Positions 47,909 through 57,357 of a DNA stretch of 60,445 nucleotides are shown here, one piece after another. Position 1 is the stretch's first letter. The number at the start of each line of letters is the position of its first letter. The stretch is from assembly GCA_038520475.1 (NCBI GenBank), contig JBCBLF010000003.1, forward strand, positions 1 to 60,445, given 5' to 3'. Below the pieces are notes generated by a model, which searched no databases, had not been told where the DNA came from, and saw only the letters and a program-made list of their open reading frames with translations. Made by a program: the position numbers and the translations under genes. The stretch is from Cyanobacteria bacterium J06627_8. GTDB lineage: Bacteria; Cyanobacteriota; Cyanobacteriia; CAKZMO01.

Positions 47909-48265
47909 TCAGAGTCCGCCAAAGAAGTCGTCAAGTGTTATCTCTTCCTCGCGGTCTGCTTCTTCAAGGGATAGATCGCTGAGAACAATCGGTTCTGCGA
48001 TCGCCGGTTTGCCGTCCCAGGGAAACGTATCAAAGAAGGTACGAACGCTCATCTTCATATCTAGCCCAATAAGCCCGATGTCATCGCTGCCGTTGGGGGC
48101 GATCGCCTCCTGTGAATCGCTGAGCTGCTCTTGGGGCTCGACGACCTGAAGCGGGCGATTTTCCCAGTTGACCGCAGAGAAAAAATCTTGAACGCTTGAC
48201 CGTAGCCAGAGTGAGTGCATTCCTGATGCAGAGCCATTCTGATGAAGTGTTGTCATCATGTTCAT
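47909..48265 (-). CDS. Small acidic protein with repeated FF-x3-5-(N/P)W-x-x-(R/K)P motif
   Basis: 118 aa. Its ATG overlaps the stop of the upstream V4R-like gene (ATGA at 48262-48265). The motifs are SVQDFFSAVNWENRP, SVRTFFDTFPWDGKP and a terminal LDDFFGGL. Confidence 0.6.
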   Translation of the reverse strand: MNMMTTLHQNGSASGMHSLWLRSSVQDFFSAVNWENRPLQVVEPQEQLSDSQEAIAPNGSDDIGLIGLDMKMSVRTFFDTFPWDGKPAIAEPIVLSDLSLEEADREEEITLDDFFGGL

Positions 48266-48945
48266 GACAATCTTTCTCCTGAGCGTAGGCGTTTTTCAAT
48301 ATCCCGTGCTGTTGCACCTTCGTTCATCCAAAAGCCAGCCGCGTCAATGCGATCCTGCCCGCCAAGGAGAAACTTGCAGTAGGTTTCTCCCATGGAGTAG
48401 CACTGAATCTCAATACAGCTCAGCTTCTTTTTCACCATTTCTGTGAAGAAGCCCGCAAATAGTCCTGCATAGAGGAAGCAAACAGGTTTGCCAACGTCGC
48501 CTAGCGTCCGAGCTACCGCTGAATCAAACAGGTTGATGAACATAAACCCTTGCTTGCGATCGCCCATGTCGATTTCCCATCGACCCCAGCCTTGAGACGT
48601 AAATGGCCACCACCACGTCTCTAACAGGAACATCAAATTCGTTTGGCGAACGCCTTGACCAAACTCCTCAGAAAACCAATCCTCGAAGAAAAAAGCATCT
48701 TTTTCACCCCACTGATACCCAATGGTGTACATCGTGGCGGCTGATGCAGTCCCGACTTCTTCTTCGAGTCCTTCGATAAGGCCGATGATAAAATCCTCAC
48801 TGGTTAGCACGTTAGGGCGGCTATTCCAATCAAGAACACTACCGGAATTTGCATCGAACTGGAAAAAATCCCTGAAACTATAATGATTATGTTTCGTAGG
48901 ATGCTTGTCATGCAGTGCATGGGATTGTGTGATGAGAGTAGACAT
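48262..48945 (-). CDS. V4R-like domain protein (first gene of the operon)
   Basis: 227 aa, paralogous to 46463-47113. The N-terminus carries a related FRDFFQF...LDWNSRP motif. Confidence 0.6.
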   Translation of the reverse strand: MSTLITQSHALHDKHPTKHNHYSFRDFFQFDANSGSVLDWNSRPNVLTSEDFIIGLIEGLEEEVGTASAATMYTIGYQWGEKDAFFFEDWFSEEFGQGVRQTNLMFLLETWWWPFTSQGWGRWEIDMGDRKQGFMFINLFDSAVARTLGDVGKPVCFLYAGLFAGFFTEMVKKKLSCIEIQCYSMGETYCKFLLGGQDRIDAAGFWMNEGATARDIEKRLRSGERLS

Positions 48946-49398
48946 AGTGATGTATAAAGCTAATGGTCTGATGAACGTAGTAGATGCCTGTCGAGCAAAT
49001 GCAGCTTAGAAACGGGGCGATGGCAAGATGCATTTAATACAGGACCCTTTTGTGTAAGCTCAATCTCGGATTCTCCGAGGCTCATGATGATAAACGGACA
49101 GCTGAGATGCTCGCGATGAGTATTCGCAATCCCGAGCTGCCTACGATTTTTAAAGACCCTTAGATTCGTCGTATCTAAAGTTGACAAGTTGCTACGTTTA
49201 ATATTCCCAGGCCAAATCGGTTGTAACAGGTAAAAAACGAAAATTTGTTAAATCCTCTTAGAGGCATCCATTGTCTATGCGAAGTCCAAGCGCATTCCTA
49301 CAGAGACATAACATTCGCGTCTCGTTGCTGGCATTTGAACCCAGTTTGACCGCACCGTCCCATCGTCCAAATTACGCTTATGGAGGCTCATAGACTCG

Positions 49399-51579
49399 AT
49401 GACCATTCTCCGTATATTTACTCGACCGTTCGCTGGTCAGAAAAAGAATCCATTTTTAACCCTTGCTTCAGGAATTCAAACCTGCGGGAAATCGGTTGGT
49501 CTCATCCTCATAACGGGAGCGCATGTGGTTCTGTCGACTCCCTTCGTTTCCGCACAACAGGCAGGTTCTGCACAACAGACGGATCAGTCATCGGAGACGA
49601 CACCGAGAGTTCCTTCGATTGATCGCACGGTTGCCTGTGAATTATTGATTGTAGGAGGTGGATTATCTGGTGTTGCCACTGCCTATGAGTCTCTCAAAGC
49701 TGGTCGTACCGTTTGCATGACCGAGTTAACAGATTGGATGGGTGGACAAATTTCATCCCAGGGGACGGCAGCTTTAGACGAAGCAAGAGAGCAGCGATCG
49801 CAACTGTTTTATGCTGAAGGGTATAACGAGCTGCGTCAGCGCATCGATGATCACTATGGGCAACTGAATCCTGGAGATTGCTGGGTCAGTGCTGCTTGCT
49901 TTTTGCCAAACGATGCTCATGAGCTTCTCTCGGAGCAGCTTGAAGATGCCGCAGATGACGGTGATGGCGAATTGTTATGGTTCCCTTCGACTGTCGTGAA
50001 AGATTTAGAAATTAGTTCAGATGGGCGTCTCATTGAAGGGGCGATCGCAATTCAGCATCAACCGGCTCCAGGAACGACCCCACTGAATACTGAACCGCTT
50101 TCTAGCATTATTGAAGATGCCTACCGTTACGACGATTCTGACCGATTGACCAAAACCGTTATTCGCTTTGTTCCTATCGAACCAGAGGCAGATGACTCGA
50201 TAGAGTCTCCTATCCCAACGCCCTGGTATGTGATTGAAGCCACTGAAACTGGCGAACTGATTGCCCTTGCTGACGTTCCCTATCGAGTAGGGATTGACCC
50301 CCGCTCATACCTCAATCCTTCATCAGCGAGTGACTCAGGAGATCCATATTGCACGCAAGGCTTTACCTACACCTTTGCGATGAAGCAAACCGAAGATCCC
50401 CAGGAGCAAATTAAACCGAGTTTCTATGAAACCTACCAGCCTTATTACGGATACGATCCGAATCCGAATCTGGCGGATTTTAATGCCGTTTTTACGTACC
50501 GACGCATTTGGGCCCCAGATGCAGACGAGCGTACTGAGAATGTTGCCCGTTTCGGGGTTAGTATTCCTCAGCCCGGCGATATTTCCATGCAGAACTGGGT
50601 GTGGGGGAACGATTATCGCCCTGGCACTGACCAAGACAACTTAGTCTATAGCCGTGACCAACTTATTGCGACTGGACAGCTCGAACCCGGCAACTGGCTT
50701 GGGGGACTGCGAACTGCAACGCTTAAAGGTGGAGAAGAGCTGGCCCTAGGCTTCTACTATTGGCTAGTGGAAGGCACAACGGATTCTCAGCTTGGTGAGG
50801 GCGTGAAAGAGCCGTATCCCAACCATGTTCTCTTGAGGGGGCTCGATTCTCCCATGGGCACCGAGCATGGGCTATCCAAATATCCTTACATCCGAGAAGG
50901 CCGACGCATCATCGGACGCCCGTCCTTTGCTCACGAAGCAGGGTTTGCGATAAACGAAATTGATATTTCCTGGCAAGACTATCGCACAGAGTTTTACCAG
51001 AAAAATCTGTCGGAACGAATGTATCGACTGCTGTGGCAATCCCTGGCTGGCCTCGAAGCGACTGAAGCCATTCGAACTGGGGCCACTCCGGATGATATCG
51101 TCCGCCGCACACGATCGACGATCTTTCCTGACTCGGTGGGTATTGCGCAATACGCCATTGACTTTCATCCCTGTCTGGCAGAGACTCCCCCTGAGAAGCC
51201 AGGCAATATCGAACGACCAGGTGCACGGCAAGGTCATGGTCAGGCTTATCCGGGGCAAATTCCACTCCGGGCAATGATTCCCCAAAACATTGATAATCTC
51301 ATTATTGCGAGTAAGAGCATTGCCACCAGCCATATTGCTGCAGCTGCCTATCGCGTTCATTCGTTTGAATGGTCTGTCGGTGCTGCTGCGGGAACCACTG
51401 TCGATTTTGCTCTTGAGACTGGGGTGATGCCCCACGAATTGGTAGATGATCTCCCCCTACCTGAGCCTGAGCTTGATGCACTTAGACAGCGCTTGTTAGA
51501 CAATGGCAATCCTGTTGCCTTTCCTGACACATCTATCTTCAATCTAGATTGGGATGACTGGCGAGTGTGGGGCGGCTAA
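49399..51579 (+). CDS. FAD-dependent oxidoreductase (PF12831-like) with an N-terminal signal or anchor
   Basis: A Rossmann dinucleotide motif LLIVGGGLSGVATAYE follows a hydrophobic N-terminal segment ending VSAQQ. 726 aa. Confidence 0.75.
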   Translation: MTILRIFTRPFAGQKKNPFLTLASGIQTCGKSVGLILITGAHVVLSTPFVSAQQAGSAQQTDQSSETTPRVPSIDRTVACELLIVGGGLSGVATAYESLKAGRTVCMTELTDWMGGQISSQGTAALDEAREQRSQLFYAEGYNELRQRIDDHYGQLNPGDCWVSAACFLPNDAHELLSEQLEDAADDGDGELLWFPSTVVKDLEISSDGRLIEGAIAIQHQPAPGTTPLNTEPLSSIIEDAYRYDDSDRLTKTVIRFVPIEPEADDSIESPIPTPWYVIEATETGELIALADVPYRVGIDPRSYLNPSSASDSGDPYCTQGFTYTFAMKQTEDPQEQIKPSFYETYQPYYGYDPNPNLADFNAVFTYRRIWAPDADERTENVARFGVSIPQPGDISMQNWVWGNDYRPGTDQDNLVYSRDQLIATGQLEPGNWLGGLRTATLKGGEELALGFYYWLVEGTTDSQLGEGVKEPYPNHVLLRGLDSPMGTEHGLSKYPYIREGRRIIGRPSFAHEAGFAINEIDISWQDYRTEFYQKNLSERMYRLLWQSLAGLEATEAIRTGATPDDIVRRTRSTIFPDSVGIAQYAIDFHPCLAETPPEKPGNIERPGARQGHGQAYPGQIPLRAMIPQNIDNLIIASKSIATSHIAAAAYRVHSFEWSVGAAAGTTVDFALETGVMPHELVDDLPLPEPELDALRQRLLDNGNPVAFPDTSIFNLDWDDWRVWGG

Positions 51580-51594
51580 TTGCGCTAATGCGCG

Positions 51595-51653
51595 CCGGCC
51601 CATACATATGGAACCCTTGCAGTGTGAGGGTTCCATATGTATGGGCCGGTTTT
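51595..51653 (+). terminator. Intrinsic terminator (23-bp perfect stem) after the FAD oxidoreductase gene
   Basis: ccggcccatacatatggaaccct / agggttccatatgtatgggccgg with a 9-nt loop, then TTTT. Confidence 0.8.
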
Positions 51654-51834
51654 ATGTCTGGGTCAAGGTTCTAGCTCGAAAGAGCAGAACCCCATCGTAA
51701 ATTGGTGTGATAAGTGAACTTAGCGCTACATCCTTCTCAATGTTTTGAGCGTCTGCTGACACAGTCAAGGCGATCTCAATGATGTCTGTCATAATTAGCT
51801 TTGATCACATGTCTTAAGTGACAACCGCTGACCT

Positions 51835-52284
51835 ATGACGATCTTTCAGTTTGAAGCTGATTTTGTAGACTCGTTACGCTGCATTCCGATGGTGGTTCGC
51901 TACAAACTTGATACCTGCGGAGTAAAGCTCAAGCTCGATCATTGGAATCAGTTCAGTACAGAAGAAAAACAGTCGCTTGTCGATAAACTATGTGAACCTG
52001 GAGAACCAGCGATCGCCTATCGGGACTATGTCCAAACTCTAGTTCAGGCGCACACTGGGAGTCCTGCCAAGGAACTACAAATTGATCCGAGCCCCATGTG
52101 GTTAGACGCGGGTCACATCCCAGAACAGGTCAAAGAAAAAGCCGACGATTGTAATCTCGTCATTGATCGTGCTCAATGGGCTGAATTACAACCACTTCAA
52201 CGATTTGCACTGATTAAGTTAAGCCGTCCGAGTCATGAGAATCGAAACTTTTTGCCGGCAGCTCAAGAATTCGAATTGATATAG
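51835..52284 (+). CDS. Nitrate-reductase-associated protein family (TIGR02664-like)
   Basis: The N-terminus MTIFQFEADFVDSLRCIPMVVRYKLDTCGVKLKL..W is characteristic of this cyanobacterial family (recognition from memory). No narB lies in the window. Confidence 0.65.
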   Translation: MTIFQFEADFVDSLRCIPMVVRYKLDTCGVKLKLDHWNQFSTEEKQSLVDKLCEPGEPAIAYRDYVQTLVQAHTGSPAKELQIDPSPMWLDAGHIPEQVKEKADDCNLVIDRAQWAELQPLQRFALIKLSRPSHENRNFLPAAQEFELI

Positions 52285-52782
52285 CAATCCTAGATGAGTT
52301 GTGGGAGGTGGGACGGACAAAACTTACCCTCTTTACAAAATGCGTAAGCTTTAGGAAAGCGCTATGAGGTCGTCAGTCAATTGCTGTTTAGCTTGGTCCG
52401 GTTTTTGCAGCATAGGAACGCCGGGATTGCCAAGTCGTCTAGGATGCGATCGCCGAATGGATGACGCATGGGCATGTCTCTGGCCATTGATTGAATTGAT
52501 GGTTTTCATAACTGAAGAAAACATGTGGATTAACAGAGATCGTGATGAACAATCGATACATTAGAGAAAGAGACTATGCACATCACCCCCCTAGAGAGAA
52601 GTTTCATCATACTTTTTGATTAGCTGTTGAAGCTTTGATCGCTTGACTGTTGTCTTCTTTCACCGTTAATGGATGTATCCAAGCATGTCTTCTCTCAGTG
52701 AAGACGATGTGTGCTGCACCACGAGCGCTTTACGAATCGAAATCAATGGTTGCTGTTGACACTCGAATAGGCGCAAATTCCT

Positions 52783-53229
52783 ATGGCCCACGAACAAGCT
52801 GTCCGACGATATTTGGCATACTGGTTTCAGGCAGGTAAACGCCTCAAACTTAAGAATAAGGAGGATTCGTATGCTCCACATTCTGTTATCCAGGGTGATC
52901 ACTACAGCCCTGAATTTGAAGAGTGTTGGGCCTACTTAACTAGTGATAGTCCGGGCGAGTGCTATCTGGAGGGAACTGAGCAAACCATTCAAGCGTTACT
53001 CTCTCCACAGTGGGATATTGTTTCATGTGCCCGATGCGATATGCCGATTCCCATGCGAGTTATTGGTCTTACGTCACCGGAATGTCCATGTTTTGATTTG
53101 CCGACGTGGCCGAATGACGAACTCCCGCAGCCGCGATCGCCTGTTAGCACGTCCTCGCATTTAACGGCCCTGCGCGATCGCTTGATGCTCAACGAATGCG
53201 ATCGCTTGACATCTGAAAGTGATTCATAG
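52783..53229 (+). CDS. Conserved hypothetical protein
   Basis: 148-aa ORF with coding-like composition and several Cys residues (CARCDMP, CPCFD). I recognise no family. Confidence 0.5.
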   Translation: MAHEQAVRRYLAYWFQAGKRLKLKNKEDSYAPHSVIQGDHYSPEFEECWAYLTSDSPGECYLEGTEQTIQALLSPQWDIVSCARCDMPIPMRVIGLTSPECPCFDLPTWPNDELPQPRSPVSTSSHLTALRDRLMLNECDRLTSESDS

Positions 53230-53310
53230 TAATCATTGACCTGCTCTAAATATTTAGTGCATCTCAAGAAATGCAAACGTCTTGTCGTGAGCTGAATGAC
53301 TCCAGCCCTA

Positions 53311-54360
53311 TCATTCAGTTAGAGGTTGAATGCGATCTGGGGGCCAGTAGATTTTGTAGGCCTTTCCAATAATGTCGGTTTTGGGTAAGACGCCCCAAAT
53401 ATGTGAATCAGCACTTTCATTGCGGTTATCCCCTAACACGACGTAGGAATCTGGGGGAACGGTGATTGGGCCCCATGTGTAGGTCATGGGTTCAGTTGGG
53501 TATGGGTCTGACCGCGGCACATTGTTAACTAATAGCTGTCCGTTCGATACGGCGATTTGTTGATTGGGGACGCCGACGACACGTTTGACAAAAATCGTAT
53601 TGGGATTGACTCCGAGGGTGTCGATCGCCGCTTCTGGTGCATGAAATACAATCACATCTCCAACTTGGGGACGGTAATTTGAACGATGGCGGACAAACAT
53701 GCGGTCATCGACTTGCAGTGCTGGTGCCATCGATGCACTGGGCACGATGAACTGCATAAACGTTCCATTGACGAGGGTTGGGATGTAACCCAATATCAGT
53801 CGAATCACAAGCAAGCTAACAATAATCGCTGCAATAATTCCCCGATGTGTGCGATCGCGACTTGGTGTGATTCGATAAATGTGGTAACAAGCGATCGCCC
53901 AGAGAAATGGGGGAATGGGCAACAGAGCGGGATGCTCATTGGCCAACAGTGAGGCGAGTGTACTCGTGGCGAGTAGAACGCCTCCAACAATGGCATGCTG
54001 CAAATAAAGATGACCAAAGCCAGGCAGAATTTGCGATAAAAAGACGGCATACCATCGGTTGCGTTTTGGCTGATAAATAGACATGGATGGCTTTGGCAGC
54101 GGCTTCAGCGTATTGTACGCATCGAAGACGTTTGTAATGTAGAGGATGCCAACCACTCCAAACAGTAATAACCCAGTCAGCGTATTGCCAGAGGCACCAA
54201 AAATTGACCATGTGCTGTATCCCAGGAGTCCCAATGTCAGGACAGCCATGACGACTCCTTTGCCCCAAGCGTTGCCATAACATTGGCCAACTCCAGGCCA
54301 TAGCGTAGAAAAATTGACGGCAATCCAAGGATTGGCCCGTTTGTGAACAGAAGGACTCAT
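53311..54360 (-). CDS. lepB: Signal peptidase I with a polytopic N-terminal extension of about 190 aa
   Basis: SPase I boxes PSASMAPAL (Ser), VKRVVGVPN (Lys) and VLGDNRNESADSH. The N-terminal extension contains an internally duplicated membrane module. Confidence 0.85.
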   Translation of the reverse strand: MSPSVHKRANPWIAVNFSTLWPGVGQCYGNAWGKGVVMAVLTLGLLGYSTWSIFGASGNTLTGLLLFGVVGILYITNVFDAYNTLKPLPKPSMSIYQPKRNRWYAVFLSQILPGFGHLYLQHAIVGGVLLATSTLASLLANEHPALLPIPPFLWAIACYHIYRITPSRDRTHRGIIAAIIVSLLVIRLILGYIPTLVNGTFMQFIVPSASMAPALQVDDRMFVRHRSNYRPQVGDVIVFHAPEAAIDTLGVNPNTIFVKRVVGVPNQQIAVSNGQLLVNNVPRSDPYPTEPMTYTWGPITVPPDSYVVLGDNRNESADSHIWGVLPKTDIIGKAYKIYWPPDRIQPLTE

Positions 54361-54969
54361 GCGTCAGCTAGCCAATAGCAACACTTCTAACCATTCTTTG
54401 AATGGGCAAATGACCAACGAATGATTGCGGAACCCTCCGAGTGGATCGGCCATCATTGGTCAAGCAGTTTAGGTCGGGCATCTAGTTCGAGAAATGGTAA
54501 CGATGCAAGGACTCCCGTCAGCTCGATAGATCTCGTGCATGTTTGTAGCAGGTCAGCAGGTTCGGCCGCGGCTTACCATGACAATGCTCGAAATATAGTT
54601 CGGTGACAGTCCTGTGGGTATGTGAGGCGTTGTTTATGGTTCGTTCAGGTTACACCGATTTTAAACGATACTCTGAACCAGGTGTATGAAGTGGGGATGG
54701 ACCGCAGTGAGTGTTCGATGAAGCAAGATAGAGACGGAACCATAGCGCCGCGATCGCAAGGGGCTATCTAATTCAAACGAAGTCAACGAACAACAGCGAT
54801 ATAATTTATAGATACGATTATAAATTGCGGAAGTCGGGAAATTTAATGCCTTCTGCGTGCGGGTACGCTGCAGTCACTTCAACTCAATGCTCGCTCCAAC
54901 AAGACGATGACTGTAGAAACGTCCGAGATTACCGTCACGTTGGTCAATTAGCCATCGAACTGGTTTTAC

Positions 54970-55662
54970 ATGCATATTCTGCTTGTTGATGATGAGGTAG
55001 AACTCACTGATGCCTTACATCACCTGTTTACCCGAGAGGGATACGGTGTTGATATTGCTCACGATGGAGCGCGTGGGCGATCGCTTGCGACAGCGAATAC
55101 TTACGATCTGCTGATTCTAGATTGGATGTTGCCAGAAATGAGTGGTCTAGAACTCTGTCGGTTTCTGCGTTCACGAGGACAGGCAACACCCGTACTGTTT
55201 CTAACTGCTAAAGATACGGTCGATGATCGGGTGGATGGACTCGACGCTGGCGCGGATGACTATCTGATCAAGCCCTTCGAATTAAAGGAACTCTTGGCTC
55301 GCGTGCGCGCACTGTTACGGCGATCGCCCAATTTCCAGACGATCGATGAACAATCACGCTCCGCAGCCGAAGGCATTGAATTAGACGAAGCAAATCAGCT
55401 TGCTTATCGAGGCGATCGCTCCATTGAGCTATCGGAGAAGGAGACGGTACTATTGGCTTTTTTGATGCAGCATCCCCACCAACTGCTAACCCATGAGGAG
55501 CTGACTGAAGCCCTATGGCCTGCTGAATCAAAGCCCAATAGCAATGCTCTGGTCGCTCAGATTCGGTTGCTCAGACGCAAAGTCGAAGGGACCGGTGAGC
55601 AATCATTGATTCATACGGTCTATGGGAAAGGCTATCGATTTGGCATCATTTCGTCTGAATAG
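54970..55662 (+). CDS. OmpR-family response regulator (receiver plus winged helix), orphan
   Basis: MHILLVDDE, phospho-acceptor context LLILDWMLP, LTAK, KPF, and a C-terminal YGKGYRF wing. No histidine kinase gene is adjacent. Confidence 0.9.
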   Translation: MHILLVDDEVELTDALHHLFTREGYGVDIAHDGARGRSLATANTYDLLILDWMLPEMSGLELCRFLRSRGQATPVLFLTAKDTVDDRVDGLDAGADDYLIKPFELKELLARVRALLRRSPNFQTIDEQSRSAAEGIELDEANQLAYRGDRSIELSEKETVLLAFLMQHPHQLLTHEELTEALWPAESKPNSNALVAQIRLLRRKVEGTGEQSLIHTVYGKGYRFGIISSE

Positions 55663-55718
55663 AGAGCGATGCTGATAACCAATGATAGAGAGAACCATCA
55701 TCTCAAGAGGCGAACTCA

Positions 55719-57086
55719 TTAGGAGGCGAAGTGCTCGGCAGGAGTTGCTAAATTTCGGAACTGTGTAAATTGTGGATCAAAGAGGAGCTTAACCGTGCCC
55801 ACTGGCCCATTTCTGTGTTTGGTGATGATGACTTCGGAAATCCCTCGATCCGGGGTGTCAGGATTATAGTATTCGTCTCGATAGAGCATGATGATGAGGT
55901 CAGCGTCTTGCTCGATGGACCCAGACTCACGTAGGTCAGACATCATGGGGCGCTTGTTCGTGCGCGATTCAACGCCGCGGCTGAGCTGAGAGAGCGCCAT
56001 AATCGGTACATTGAGTTCACGGGCCAATCCCTTGAGCGATCGCGTGACTTTTGACAGTTCTTGCACTCGATTGTCGCTGCCGCTGCCTTCCATCAACTGA
56101 AGATAGTCGATGAGAATAAGGCCGATGGCCCCACCTTGCTCGGCCTGAAGCCGTCTGCACTTTGAGCGAATTTCATTCACCGAAATGTTGGGCGTGTCAT
56201 CGATAAAGATTGGAAGCTGAGACAAATTGCTGATGGCGTGGCCCAGTGGTCCCCATTCATGCTGACTAATCCGGCCACTTCGCAATCGCCCACTCTCGAT
56301 TTTTGCCTCTGCGGATAACAGACGATACACCAGCTGCTCTTTTGACATCTCTAGACTGAACACTGCCACGGGCTGCTTGTTCGGGCCCCCTGAAATATGT
56401 CGAGCAATGTTGAGCACAAAGCTGGTTTTACCCATTGCAGGTCGCCCCGCAGTGATAATCAAATCTGAGCGCTGGAATCCCTGGGTCATCGCATCCAGAT
56501 CATAAAATCCACAGGGAATACCCGGTAGTGCAACCCCTTCAGCTCGGTTCTCAATGTCTGCAAAGGTTGAAATCAAGATATCAGAGGTGGCAACCAATCC
56601 TTGCTTGGGGCGATCTTGAGTGATGGCAAAGATGGTTTGCTCGGATTCATCCAAAATATGTTCGAGGGGTGAGCTGGTCTCATATCCAAGTTGAGCGATA
56701 TGAGTTCCTGATTGAATCAGCTTACGCCGAAAATATTTATCCATGACCAGCTGAGCGTACTGGTCAATATTGACTGCTGTAATCGTGCGGTCGACGAGCT
56801 GAACGAGACGACTTTGCCCACCCACTTTGTCTAAGAGTTTACGATCACTCAACCAGGCGGTGATGCTCATGAGATCGGTCGGTTGCCCTTGGCTATGAAG
56901 GGCGATCGCCGCCTGATAAATCTCTCGGTGAGCATTGATATAGAATGCCTCCGCTTGGAGAACCTCTAGGACTCGCCCAATGGCTTCTGGGTCAAGTAGG
57001 ATACCGCCCAAGATGGCTTCCTCGGCCTCAATATTTTGCGGAGGGAGCCGATCAGTATAGGTTTGAAAAACGGGCTCGTAGACCAT
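55719..57086 (-). CDS. dnaB: Replicative DNA helicase
   Basis: LPPQNIEAEEAILGGILLD N-terminus and Walker A GRPAMGKTS. At 455 aa it is intein-free. Confidence 0.95.
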   Translation of the reverse strand: MVYEPVFQTYTDRLPPQNIEAEEAILGGILLDPEAIGRVLEVLQAEAFYINAHREIYQAAIALHSQGQPTDLMSITAWLSDRKLLDKVGGQSRLVQLVDRTITAVNIDQYAQLVMDKYFRRKLIQSGTHIAQLGYETSSPLEHILDESEQTIFAITQDRPKQGLVATSDILISTFADIENRAEGVALPGIPCGFYDLDAMTQGFQRSDLIITAGRPAMGKTSFVLNIARHISGGPNKQPVAVFSLEMSKEQLVYRLLSAEAKIESGRLRSGRISQHEWGPLGHAISNLSQLPIFIDDTPNISVNEIRSKCRRLQAEQGGAIGLILIDYLQLMEGSGSDNRVQELSKVTRSLKGLARELNVPIMALSQLSRGVESRTNKRPMMSDLRESGSIEQDADLIIMLYRDEYYNPDTPDRGISEVIITKHRNGPVGTVKLLFDPQFTQFRNLATPAEHFAS

Positions 57087-57246
57087 GTTGGGAACACCTA
57101 GATCACGCGTAGACGTATATTGTTGGTCGAACCAATCGACGATTGAGAAGCTTTCGCTTTCGCTTCATCGTTGGAGTCAAAAACTCCTTCTCATCGTAGC
57201 GGTTCATCGACCTTAATTTTGCCATCAATCGTTAAATAAACGCTAT

Positions 57247-57274
57247 GAAAAGGGGGTTATTTTAAAATAACCCC
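57247..57274 (-). terminator. Intrinsic terminator between rplI and dnaB
   Basis: A perfect 12-bp palindrome gggggttatttt/aaaataaccccc. The flanking AAAA gives a U-tract on the minus strand. Confidence 0.65.
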
Positions 57275-57357
57275 CATATATGATGTATTCAAATGTACTA
57301 TCGCTCAAATGTACTATGCTGTTGATTTGCAACGCTCATTCGAGCAAGGAAAGGTAC

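Noticed and set aside
55719-57086. Intein in DnaB (common in cyanobacteria).
   Set aside because: The ORF is 455 aa with contiguous helicase motifs and no insertion.
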